Program-made: the position numbers and the translations under genes | Shown here: positions 7,895 through 19,050 of the stretch, piece by piece | Numbering within the stretch: the stretch's first letter is position 1 | How the letters are laid out: every line of letters begins with the position of its first letter | Assembly: GCF_004010195.1 (NCBI RefSeq) | Contig: NC_057718.1 | Span: forward strand, 42,053,923 to 42,073,922 | Length of the DNA stretch: 20,000 nucleotides | Direction: 5' to 3' | From: Chiloscyllium plagiosum | Taxonomy: Eukaryota | The notes under the pieces: generated by a model | The model's input: only the letters and a program-made list of their open reading frames with translations | Told to the model about the DNA's origin: nothing | Databases searched by the model: none

Positions 7895-10677
7895 TTTTTC
7901 ATATTCATTCATGGAGTCTAGCTAGGCCAACATGTAATGCCCACCCCTTGGCAAAGATGGTGGTGAGCTCTAAGTGTGTAGGGACACTTACATTGCTGTT
8001 AGGAAGGGCGATCTATGATTTTGACCCAGCGACAGTGAACTAACAACAAGCTATTCTTGTAGCCACAATATTCAAATGGCTGGTCTCAAACAACCAAATA
8101 TGTACAGTATGTACATGGAACAAGCCTTGTGCACTACACAATGTTGAAGAATCATTTTACTGTCTGTTCCCCTTTTCCTACAAGGCCTCCTTCTCACAAA
8201 GTCACCCTTGTTTCCAGAGAGGATCCATTTGTTTCAGCTGGCCTGCCCCACTGTCGCCTGCTGCTGGAGGTTCTGATGCAACTGTTCAAGCTCGCCTGTT
8301 AACCATTCTCCTTCACCATCACTGTTGTTGCTGGATGTTCCATTACATCATTAAACATCAAAAAGTGATAGTTAGATTCTCTCTTATTGGAGATGATCAC
8401 TGCCAGGCACTTGTGTCATGAATGTCACTTGCCACTTATCAGTAGCCCAAATCTCAATATTATCAAGGCCTTGCTACATAAGGACATGGATTGCTTTTGT
8501 ATCTGAAAAGTCCATGAATGTTGCAGAACATTGTGCAAAATTAATTAATATACCCACTTTTGACCTGATGATGGAAGGAAGCAGCCTAGGACACAAACCT
8601 AAGGGTCTCCTGCAGAGATGTACTAGAGTGGAGATAATGACCTCCAATAATGACAACCATTTTCCCTTTGTTCTGGATATGACCACAAACAGTGGAAACT
8701 TCTCTCCTTGATTTGCATGGTTTCTAGTTTTGCTAGCACTCCTTGATGCCATTCTCAATCGAATGCTTCTTTAATGTCAATGACAGTCACTGTCATCTCA
8801 CCTCTGCAATTCAGTTCTTCTGTCCATGTTTGAACAAAGCTTATAAAAAATATCAGAAGCTGAGTGGCCCTCATAAAACCCAATCCGTGAGCAGATTATG
8901 CAAACACTGCTTGATAGCATTGTCAAAGACCTCTATCATTTTGCAGATGACCAAGAATAAACTGATATGATGGTAATTGGCTGGGCTGGATTTGTCCTAC
9001 ATTTTGTGCACAGGGCATACCTGGGCAATTTTCCACATTGTTGGGTAAATGCAGTGTTGTAATTGCACTGAAACTTAACTAGAGACATGACTAATTCCAG
9101 AGAACAAGTCTTCACTACAATTGCAGAAATATTGTCAGAGCCCTTGAGCAGTTTCTTAATATCACTTGCAGTAAATTGAATTGGCTCAAGCTGGCAAATG
9201 TACTGTTGGTGCCCTGAGGAGGAGACCAATGTGGATTTTCCATTCTTCAGTTTTAACGAAATATTGTGGCAAATGCTTCAACCTTGTCTTTTGCACTGAA
9301 TCCTGAGTGCTGCCATCATTGAGGATGGAATTATTTGCAGAGCCTCCTCCTCTAGCAAGTTTTAAAAAAATATCCTCGATTCATGACTGAATTTTCTGAG
9401 ACTGCAGAATTTAGAGCTTACCAGATGAATAAGCTTTCATTTAACTTTTGTCTATTGCATGTTATCTGACATATAAGTACGCGTGTGATATCGCCTCATC
9501 AGGTGAAAACGTTCATGCCCTCCTGAACTCTTTATTGAACCAGAGTTGATCTGCCAGCTTGAAGGTAAAGGTAAAATGGGGTAATATACTCGGCTGATTG
9601 TGGCTGAACACAACTCTGCCACTGCTGATGGCCCACAGTGCCTCACTGCTGCTCAGTTTTGAATTATTACAGTCTGTTTGAAATCTGTCCCGTTTTGCAC
9701 ATTGATAGTACCACACAACATGACGGGAGGTATTGTCAAGGCGAAGACAAGATTTCATCTACACAATGACTGACAATGTCATGGACAAATGCAGTTGCAG
9801 TAAGGAGACTGGTTACAATAATGTCAAGCAAATTTTTCCCTCTTGTTACAGAGCCAGTCCTGCAGCTACTGACTTTGCCGTGTTTGGTTAATAGTGATGC
9901 TTCTGAGCCATTCCTAGTGATGGACATTGAAATCCCCCATTGTTCTGTGTCCTTGCCACTGACAGTGCTTTCTCCAAGTGTGAAGTTCAACCTGGGGAAA
10001 TGCTGCTTAATTAGCTGAGGGGTGCAGTGGGAGATCATCAGCGGGAGGTTTCCATGCCTACATTTAACTTGAAACCATGTGATTCCATGAGATCCAGAGC
10101 CAACGTTGAGGAAACCCAGGGCAACACCTTCCCTCCTATATAATCACTGTGCTGCCCCCTGTGCTGAGTCTGTCTTGTCAGTGAGACAAGACATATCCAC
10201 GGATAGTGATGGTGGTGTCAAGGACATGCTAAGATATGATTCCAAGAACATGACAATCTCAAGCTGATGCTATGTCAGAACTTTATGGGGTGGATAGGGT
10301 TGGGTTTGTCGTGGTCATTGCTGGATGGTCAGTCTGTTTTATTTCTTTGTTTAAACATTATGGTGGCTTGATACAATTTAGTGGTTTGCTCGGCCATTAC
10401 AGAGGCCAATTAACAGTCAACGACATTGCTGTGAATCTGGAGTTACGTGTAGACTAGGTAAGATCAGGATGGCACATTTCCTTCCCCAAAGGACATTTGT
10501 GAAACAGGTCAATGGCCACAATCATCGTTATACTAGTTTATTTCTTTTAAGTTTCCAGATTTTAATGAATTCAGATTTAACAACCTGTTGAGGTGATTCA
10601 AATCCACATTCTCAGACATTAGCCTGTGGCTTTGGAATTACTAGTTCCGTGACATTACCGCCAGGCTACTGCATTCC
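7895..10677 (-). mobile_element. Decayed CR1/L2-group LINE of a second lineage (EN + RT), with a tRNA-like 5' head
   Basis: RT-region fragments IQFTASDIKKLLKG.DNISAIVVKTCSLEL (8936-9229), LPSIIRSKVG...FMDFSDTKAIHVLM (8474-8758); EN fragments TRGKNLLDIIVTSL (9736-10038) and IVMFLESYL (~10230-10265). The 3' end at 7895-8045 is the reverse complement of the motif at 11140-11300. Most of the RT C-terminal region is deleted. Confidence 0.8.
10595..10677 (-). promoter_or_regulatory. Degenerate Pol III internal promoter (tRNA-derived head)
   Basis: Minus strand: A-box-like TAGCCTGGCGG (10658-10668) and B-box-like GGATTTGAATC (10595-10605). Confidence 0.55.
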
Positions 10678-11139
10678 TTTATTGATGTTGCATAATATGT
10701 GGTTGTATCAGGGTGTAAATGTCTGAAAGCATTAATGCTGAGGAGTGCATTAAGCACTGCCTAAATGAAAATGCCATATGAACTGGAGTGGCATTACAGC
10801 TTATGACTTCAAATGAGTTTGATCTGATGCCTGTTTAAGATAAGAGCTTTTTATCATTGTTTTCCTCAACCACAATAAACCAAGGAGTTTGTAAAAAAGA
10901 TAAGCAGGAGCTAGAACAAACTGTTGGTTCCAGTCATCCTATCTCCAACTGGATCCCTGTACAGGTGCATAACACGGGCTGAAGAGCTTGTTCTCATTGT
11001 CATACATATAGGTGATCGTATATATGTGACTACATGGAGACTAAGTTGAGTCTACAACACAGATTCTACTGTCAGCAATATCAAAGCCAGCCTCCTCCTC
11101 TCAGCGTTTTCTGTCACCTTGCACCTATACTGCAATTAC

Positions 11140-11302
11140 TGCCCTGAGGAACTCCCTTCCTAACAACACTGGAGTATCCCTATGTGCCAAGGACTGCAAT
11201 AGTTCAAGAAGACAACTCACCACCATCTCCAACAGGGCAGTTAGGGTTGGGCAAAAAAGGCTGGCTGAGCCACCAACTCCCACATCCATGGATGAATAAA
11301 GC
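11140..11302 (+). mobile_element. 3' terminal fragment of the same LINE family as 7895-10677, in opposite orientation
   Basis: GGAACTCCCTTCCTAACA...CTCACCACCATCT...GGGCA...GCTGGCTGAGCC...CCATGGATGAATAAA mirrors 7895-8010 on the other strand. Confidence 0.7.
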
Positions 11303-11579
11303 AAAGAAATATTTTCATACCAATGGTTGGAGAATCTCTGGAACAGCGTAGACTGGATTTTTCAGGCTGGGACCCCACTGGATCTCTGATGCAGCAGGCT
11401 CCATGTGAATTGAATTTTCCAATAAGTACTTTCCTCTGTCTGGAATTCTTCATTAGAATTCATATAAGTCAGATATTTCAGTGGGTGTACTGACACACTT
11501 TAGCTCAAAAGTCACCCAGGAAAAGTTAGATGATTAAAAACCAACTAAAACTCCAGGGTAACTATTACATTAAACCCTC

Positions 11580-11910
11580 AACTCACCATGCATCCACCCA
11601 ACCACATCCCCCCCGAACCCTGACACCTACTGAAGTAACACCACTCCTCCAGCCTTGCCTGGCCTTGCTGCAACTGACACCCTTCTCAACCCCATACCTA
11701 CTGTGCCTGGACTGATCTTGTTGGATATCCACATCCTCACCCACACCCACACTGATCCAACCCAACCCAACACACGTACTGACCCTAAACACCCACCTGA
11801 CACCTTACCCACCTCCCAACCTGGCACCCTACCCCTTCTCACCCACTGAGCACATTAACCCCCTTAGCTACACACCTGGCACACAACCTCCACATCTCCT
11901 ATACATTTCT
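11580..11910. repeat. C/A-rich low-complexity tract (CACCC/ACCC motifs)
   Basis: Strong G depletion on the plus strand with recurrent CACCC, CTGAC and ACCC; no fixed period seen. Confidence 0.5.
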
Positions 11911-12081
11911 ATTTCCTCAACCACTGTGGGACCTTTAACATCTGAAACAGAGCAACAAATGGACTGAAATCTACAGAGTAGTTTTAGAACATAGAACAGT
12001 ACAGCACAGAACAGGCCCTTCAGCCCACGATGAAGTGCTGACCATTGATCCTCATGTCAGGTAAACCTAATGTACGAACCC

Positions 12082-14657
12082 TCAAATTTCTGTGACCATA
12101 TGCATGTCCAGCAGCGTCTTAAATATCCCCAATGACCTCGCTTCCACAACTGCTGCTGGCAACGCATTCCATGCTCTCACAACTCTCTGCGTAAAGAACC
12201 CGCCTCTGACATCCCCTCTATACTTTCCGCCAAACTGCTTAAAACTATGACCCCTCGTGTTAACAATTTCTGCCCTGGGAAAAAGTATCTGGCTATCAAC
12301 TCTATCTATGCCTCTCATTATCTTGTATACCTCAATTAGGTCGCCTCTCTTCCTTCTTTTTTCCAATGAAAAAGGTCCGAGCTCAGTCAACCTCTCTTTG
12401 TAAGATAAGCCCTCCATTCCAGGCAGCATCCTGGTAAACCTCCTCTGAACCGTCTCCAAAGCATCCATATCTTTCCTATAATAGGGCGACCAGAACTGGA
12501 CAAAGTATTCCAGTCTAACCAAAGTTTTATAGAGCTGCAACAAGATCTCATGGCTCTTAAACTCAATCCCCCTGTTAATGAAAGCCAAAACACCATATGC
12601 TTTCTTAACAACCCTGTCCACTTGGGTGGCAATTTTAAGGGATCTATGTTCCTGCACATCAAGATCCCGCTGTTCCTCCACACTGCCAAGAATCCTGTCT
12701 TTACTCCTGTACTCAACTTTCAAGTTCGGCCTTCCAAAATGCATCGCTTTGCATTTATCCAGGTTGAACTCCATCTGGCACCCCTCAGCCCATCTCTGCA
12801 TCCTNNNNNNNNNNNNNNNNNNNNNNNNNNNNNNNNNNNNNNNNNNNNNNNNNNNNNNNNNNNNNNNNNNNNNNNNNNNNNNNNNNNNNNNNNNNNNNNN
12901 NNNNNNNNNNNNNNNNNNNNNNNNNNNNNNNNNNNNNNNNNNNNNNNNNNNNNNNNNNNNNNNNNNNNNNNNNNNNNNNNNNNNNNNNNNNNNNNNNNNN
13001 NNNNNNNNNNNNNNNNNNNNNNNNNNNNNNNNNNNNNNNNNNNNNNNNNNNNNNNNNNNNNNNNNNNNNNNNNNNNNNNNNNNNNNNNNNNNNNNNNNNN
13101 NNNNNNNNNNNNNNNNNNNNNNNNNNNNNNNNNNNNNNNNNNNNNNNNNNNNNNNNNNNNNNNNNNNNNNNNNNNNNNNNNNNNNNNNNNNNNNNNNNNN
13201 NNNNNNNNNNNNNNNNNNNNNNNNNNNNNNNNNNNNNNNNNNNNNNNNNNNNNNNNNNNNNNNNNNNNNNNNNNNNNNNACAAGGTCCTTTTCTTTAGTA
13301 AAGACAGAAGCAAAAAACTCATTTAGGGCTTCCCCTACCTCCTCAGACTCTATACACAAGTTCCCTATGCTATCCCTGATCGGCCCTACTCGTTCTTTGA
13401 TCATTCTTTTATTCCTCACATACGTGTAAAATGTCTTTGGATTCTCCCTAATCCTTCCTACCAAGCCTTTTTCGTGCCCCCTCCTGGCTCTCCTCAAACC
13501 ATTTTTGAGCTCCTTCTTCACCTATCTGTAATCCTCTAGAGCTGAGCAAGACCCTTGCTTCCTCCACCCTACGTAAGCTGCCTTCTTCCTTTTGACGAGA
13601 AGCTCATCTGCTCTCATCATCCAAGGTTCCTTTATCTTACCCTTTCTTCCTGTCTCAGACGAACACATTTAGGCATCACTCGCAACAACTGTTCCTTAAA
13701 AAGTCTCCACATGTCTATAGTGCCCTTTAAAAACACTTTAAATAGATGCGTTTCCACTCAATATAAATTGGAAAATATTACTCATGTATCTGACACATCG
13801 AATGGGAATGGGAAACAAACCCATTGCAGATGGTCGAGAAAGATTGGCGGGACATATAGAGAGAGCAATTGCTCCCAGTCCATGCTTCCCAACTCACGTC
13901 TGATAGCATCATAGTTTCCTTTTCCCCAATTAAATATCCTCCCATTGTGCCTGCTTCTCTCCTTCTCCATAGATATGTAGAATGTGAGGCAGTTGTGGTC
14001 ACTATCACCAAAATGCTCTCCCACTGCTAGATCTGACACCTGCCCCGCTTCATTGCCGAGCACCAAATCCAAAATGGCCTCTCCCCTCGTCGGCCTGTCA
14101 ACATACTGAGTTAGGAAACCGTCCTGAACACACCTTACAAAAATAGCTCCTTCCAAACCACCTGCCCGAAGGAGGTTCCAATCAATACTGGGAAAGTTAA
14201 AGTCACCCATTACAACAACCCTACTACATTCACACTTTTCCAAAATCTGCCGACCTATGCTTTCTTTAATCTCCCTGCTGCTATTGGGGGGCCTGTAGTA
14301 AACCCCTAATGAGGTGACTGCTCCCTTGCTGTTCCTAATTTACACCCATANNNNNNNNNNNNNNTCCCTATTCTTTTTAAATGTTCTAAACCCTGGAACA
14401 TCCAGCAACCCTGAGAAACCCACGTCTCTGTTATGGCCACAACATCATAGCACCAGGTACTGATCCATGCTCTAAGCTCATCACTTATTCCTGATACTCC
14501 TTGCATTAAAGCAAACACACTTTAACTGATCCCTTGGTTCTTTCCCAGGAAATTCCTTCCCACTGGCTGCGCTACCTCTTGCTATTGCCTCATCTCCATC
14601 GACTCTCACCACCGGTATATAGCTCAGGTTCCCACCCCCCTGCCACACTAGTTTAAA
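12082..14657 (-). pseudogene. CR1 copy A ORF2 (APE endonuclease + reverse transcriptase), disrupted
   Basis: Segments 14481-14657 (LKCVCFNARSIRNK), 14306-14518 (DELRAWIST..AITETW), 13782-14243 and 12082-13521. Frameshift near 14485, foreign insert at ~13729-13860, RT core hidden in an N gap. Confidence 0.9.
12805..13279. other. Assembly gap (475 N)
   Basis: N run; further N runs at 14351-14364 and 16921-17257. Confidence 1.
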
Positions 14658-15466
14658 CCCTCCTGAACCACTCGAGCAGACCTTCCACCCAGGACATTGG
14701 TCCCCTTCCAGTTCAGGTGCAACCCGTCCTTCATGTACAGGTCCCACCTACCCCAGAAGGCATCCCAATTATCTACATATCTGAAGCCCTCCCTCCTACA
14801 CCAGCTGCGCAGCCACGTGTTACCCAGCTGCACCCACTCCCTGTTCCTCGCCTCGCTATCTCGTGGCACCGGTAGTAAACCCGAGAACACTACTCTGTTC
14901 GTCCTGCTCTGCAGCTTCCACCCTAACTCCTTGAAATCACTTCTTATATCCTCAATCCTTTTCCTGGCTATATCATTGGTGCCAATATGTAACACGATTT
15001 CTGGCTGTTCACCCTCCCCTTTCAGAATCTTATACACCCGATCGGAGACGTCCAGGACCCTGGCACCAGGGAGGCAACATACCTTCCGGGAATCCCGATC
15101 CTGACCACAAAATCTCCGACTGATTCTCCTAACAATCGAGTCTCCTACCACTAGCGCTTTTCTATTCTGCCCCCTTCCCTTCTGGGCCACAGTGTCGGGC
15201 TCAGTGCCAGAGAACTGACCACTATGGCTTTCCTCTGGTAGGTCATCCCCTCCCAGCAGTATCCAAGACGATATACTTATTGCTGAGGGGAATGTCCACA
15301 AGGGATCTCTGCACTGTCTGTCTGTCCCCTTTCCTTCCCCTAACTGTAACCCATCTATCCTTTTCCTGAGCCTCAGGAGTGACCAACTGCCGATAACTTC
15401 TCTCAATTACCCCCTCAGCCTCCCGAATGATCTGCAGTTCACCCAGCTCCAGCTCCAATTCCCTGG
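14648..15466 (-). pseudogene. CR1 copy A ORF1: coiled coil + SGNH/GDSL esterase domain
   Basis: ELELELGELQIIRE coiled coil (15243-15476 frame), a frameshift near 15245, then VVGDS, LPGA, HIGTND, DGLHLN (SGNH blocks I, II, III, V), ending EGLN*. Confidence 0.9.
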
Positions 15467-15759
15467 CTTGCTCCAATGGATATATTTAGGACAGGCGAGA
15501 CCAGAACCTTAGCCTGAAAAATCACTGACAGCTAAATGGATAACTTTTGAATCTGTTCTCATAGTAATTGGAATATCTGGGACAACATTCATCAGAACCT
15601 TCACTTCTCCAGGCTATCAATCGAGAGTCTACGTCACCTGCCATGGATTCTGTTTCCTGCCCATATTGTTTTTAGAGTCGTAGAGTCATAGAGATGTACA
15701 ACATGGAAACAGACTCTTCGGGCCAACCTGTCCATGCCGACCAGATGTCCCAACCCAAT

Positions 15760-18358
15760 CTGGTCCCACCTGCCAGGATATGGAGGGCCCATATCCCTCC
15801 AAACCCTTTCTATTCATATGCCCATTCAGATGCCTTTTAAATGTTGCAATTGTACCAGCCTCCACCACTTCCTCTGGCAACTCATTCCATACATGTACCA
15901 CTCTCTGTGTGAAAGTGTTGCCCCTTAGGTCTCTTTTATATCTTTCCCCTCTGACCCTAAACCTACGCCCTCTAGTTCTGGATTCCCCAACCCCAGAGAA
16001 AAGGCTTTGTCTATTTATCCTATCCATGCCCCTCATGATTTTGTAAACCTCTATAAGGTCATCCCTCAGGCTCCGATGCTTCAGGGAAAAAAACCCTAGC
16101 CTGTTCAGCCTCTCCCTATAGCCCAAATCCTCCAACCCTGGCAACATCCTTGTAAATCTTTTCTGAACCATTTCAAATTACACCACATCTTTCCGATAGG
16201 ATGGAGACCAGAATTGCACACAATATTCCAACAGTGGCCTAACCAATGTCCTGTACAGCCGCAACATGACCTCCCAACACCTGTACGCAATACTCTGACC
16301 AATAAAAGAAAGCAGACCAAATGCCTTCTTCACCATCCTATCTACCTGCCACTCCACTTTCAAGGAACTATGAACCTGCACTCCAAGGTCTCTCTGTTCA
16401 GCAACACACCCTCGGACCTTACCATTTCATGTATAAGTCCTGCTAAGATTTGCTTTCCCAAAGTGCAGCACCTCACATTTATCTGAATTAAACTCCATCT
16501 GCCACCTCTCAGTCCATTGGCCCATCTAACCAAGATCCTGTTGTAATCTGAGGTATCCTTCTTCGCTGTCCACTACACCTCCAATTTTGGTGTCATCTGC
16601 AAACTTATTAACTGTACCTCTTATGCTCACATCCAAATCATTTATGTAAATGACAAAAGGTAGAGGACCCAGCACCGATCCTTGCAGCACTCCACTGGTC
16701 ACAGGCCTCCAGTCTGAAAAACAACCCTCCACCACCGCCCTCTGTCTTCTACCTTTGAGCCAGTTCTGTATCCAAATGGCTAGTTCTCCCTGTATTCCAT
16801 GAGATCTAACTTTGCTAATCAGTCTTCCATGGGGAACCTTGTCGAGTGCCTTACTGAAGTCTATATAGATCACATTTACCGCTCTGCCCTCATCAATCCT
16901 CTTTGTTACTTCTTCAAAAANNNNNNNNNNNNNNNNNNNNNNNNNNNNNNNNNNNNNNNNNNNNNNNNNNNNNNNNNNNNNNNNNNNNNNNNNNNNNNNN
17001 NNNNNNNNNNNNNNNNNNNNNNNNNNNNNNNNNNNNNNNNNNNNNNNNNNNNNNNNNNNNNNNNNNNNNNNNNNNNNNNNNNNNNNNNNNNNNNNNNNNN
17101 NNNNNNNNNNNNNNNNNNNNNNNNNNNNNNNNNNNNNNNNNNNNNNNNNNNNNNNNNNNNNNNNNNNNNNNNNNNNNNNNNNNNNNNNNNNNNNNNNNNN
17201 NNNNNNNNNNNNNNNNNNNNNNNNNNNNNNNNNNNNNNNNNNNNNNNNNNNNNNNNNATTCTTTTAAGGATTCACTCGATCTATCCTGTCTATACCTTAC
17301 ATATGCTTCCTTCTTTTTCTTAACCAAACCCTCAATTTCTTTCGTCATCCAGCATTCCCTATACCTACCAGCCTTTCCTTTCACCCTAACAGGAATATAC
17401 TTTCTCTGGATTCTTGTTATGTCATTTCTGAAGGCTTCCCATTTTCCAACCTTCCCTTTACCTGCAAACATCTGCCCCCAATCAGCTTTTGAAAGTTTTT
17501 GCCTAATACCATCAAAATTGGCCTTTCTCCAATTTCGAACTTCAACTTTTAGATCTGGTCTATCCTTTTCCATCACTATTTTAAATCTAATGGAATTATG
17601 GTCACTGGCCCCAAAGTGCTCCCCCACTGACACCTCAGTCACCTCCCCTGCCTTACTTCCCAAAAGTGGGTCAAGTTTTGCACCTTCTCTAGTAGTACAT
17701 CCACATACTGAATCAGAAAATTCGTTTGTACGCACTTAACACATTCCTCTCCACCTAAACCCTTAATACTATGGCAGTCCCAGTCGAAGTTTGGAAAGTT
17801 AAAATCTCCTACCATAACCACTCTATTATTCTTACAGATAGCTGAGATCTCCTTATAAATTTGTTTCTCAATTTCCCTCTGACTATTAGGGGGTCTATAA
17901 TACAATCCCATTAAGGTGATCATCCCTTTCTTATTTCTCAGTTCCACCCAAATAACTTCCCTGGATGTATTTCTAGGAATATCCTCCCTCAGCACAGCTG
18001 TAATGCTATCCCTTATCAAAAACTCCCCCTCCTCTCTTGCCTCCCTTTCTATCCTTCCTGTAGCATTTGTATCCTGGAAGATTAAATTGCCAGTCCTGCC
18101 CATCCCTGAGCCAAATTTCTGTAATTGCTATGAAATTCCAGTCCCACGTTCTTAACCATGCCCTGAGTTCATCTGCCTTCCCTGTTAGACCCCTTGCATT
18201 GAAATAAATGCAGTTCAATTTATTAGTCTCACCTTGTCCCTGCCTGCCCTGACTGTTTGATTCTCTTCTGTTCTCAACTGTACTTGTCTCAGACTGACCT
18301 CTTTCCTCACTATCTCCCTGGGTTCCCCCATGCCTCCCCCCCACCTTAATAGTTTAAA
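15760..18358 (-). pseudogene. CR1 copy B ORF2 (endonuclease + RT), frameshifted
   Basis: Consecutive fragments in ORFs 18006-18344, 17639-18103, 16914-17735, 16526-16873, 16178-16381 and 15686-16171. Confidence 0.9.
16921..17257. other. Assembly gap (337 N)
   Basis: N run inside copy B ORF2. Confidence 1.
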
Positions 18359-19050
18359 TCCTCCCAAGCATCTCTAGCAAATCTTCCTGCCGGTATATTA
18401 GTCCCCTTCCAATTTAGGTGCAATCTGTCCTTCTTGTACAGGTCACTTCTACCCCAAAAGAGATTCCAGTGATCCAAAAATGTGAATCCTTCTCCCATAC
18501 ACCAGCTCCTCAGCCATGCATTTCTCTGCTCTATCCTCCCATTCCTGCCCTCACTAGCTCGTAGCATCAGGAGTATTCCAGATATTACTACTCTCGAGGA
18601 CCTCCTTTTTAAATTCCTGCCTAACTCTCTGTAATCTCCCTTCAGACTCTCAACCTTTTCCCTTCCTATGTCATTGGTCCCAATGTGGACAATGACCTCT
18701 TGTTGGCCCCTCTCCCCCTTGAAAACATTCTGCACCCTCTCTGAGACATCCTTGTTCCTGGCACCAGGGAAGCAACAAACCATTCTGCTTTATCGCTACT
18801 GGCCACAGAAACGTCTGTCTGTACCTCGGGCTAGAGAATCCCCTAACACAATTGATTGCTTGGAACCCGATGTACCCCTCGTTGCATTAGAGCCAGTCTC
18901 AATACCAGAAACTTGGCTGTTCGTGCTACGTTCCCCTGAGAATCCATCACCCCCTACATTTTCCAAAACAGCATACCTGTTTGAAATGGGGAGAGCCACA
19001 GAACACACCTGCACTAGCTGCCTACTTCTCTTACGTTTGTTAACCATTGT
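18346..19050 (-). pseudogene. CR1 copy B ORF1 SGNH esterase, with premature stops
   Basis: PISNRYAVLE, IVLGDS, stop at ~18796, CCFPGA, HIGTND, DRLHLN, ending EDLNY*. Confidence 0.9.

Larger units (their letters stand above)
11985..15466 (-). mobile_element. CR1 (HER1-like) LINE copy A, 5'-truncated within ORF1
   Basis: 3' tail (TGTTCTA)2 at 11985-11998; CR1 ORF2 C-terminus (QFWSPYYRKD..ALETVQRRFTRMLPG..RGDLIEVYKIMRG..FFTQRVVRAWNALP); EN motifs MGDFNFP, ILDLVLGN, GDSDHN; SGNH ORF1. Confidence 0.95.
15673..19050 (-). mobile_element. CR1 (HER1-like) LINE copy B, different subfamily, 5'-truncated within ORF1
   Basis: 8-bp tail repeats (rc of TAGAGTCG TAGAGTCA TAGAGATG) at 15673-15696; RT motifs IDFSKALDKVPH, GVLQGSVLGP, KFADDTK (16526-16873); EN motifs YFNARGL, YYRPPNS, VGDFNFP, ASDHNSI; SGNH ORF1. 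Confidence 0.95.

Noticed and set aside
11530..11849. Pro/Thr-rich and Gly/Val-rich ORFs
   Set aside because: By-products of the C/A-rich low-complexity tract.
12082..13521. 479-aa ORF and the other long ORFs crossing N runs (12550-13429, 16799-17739)
   Set aside because: Their length is an artefact of translating through gaps. The gaps also look shorter than the CR1 sequence expected there, so frame continuity cannot be judged.
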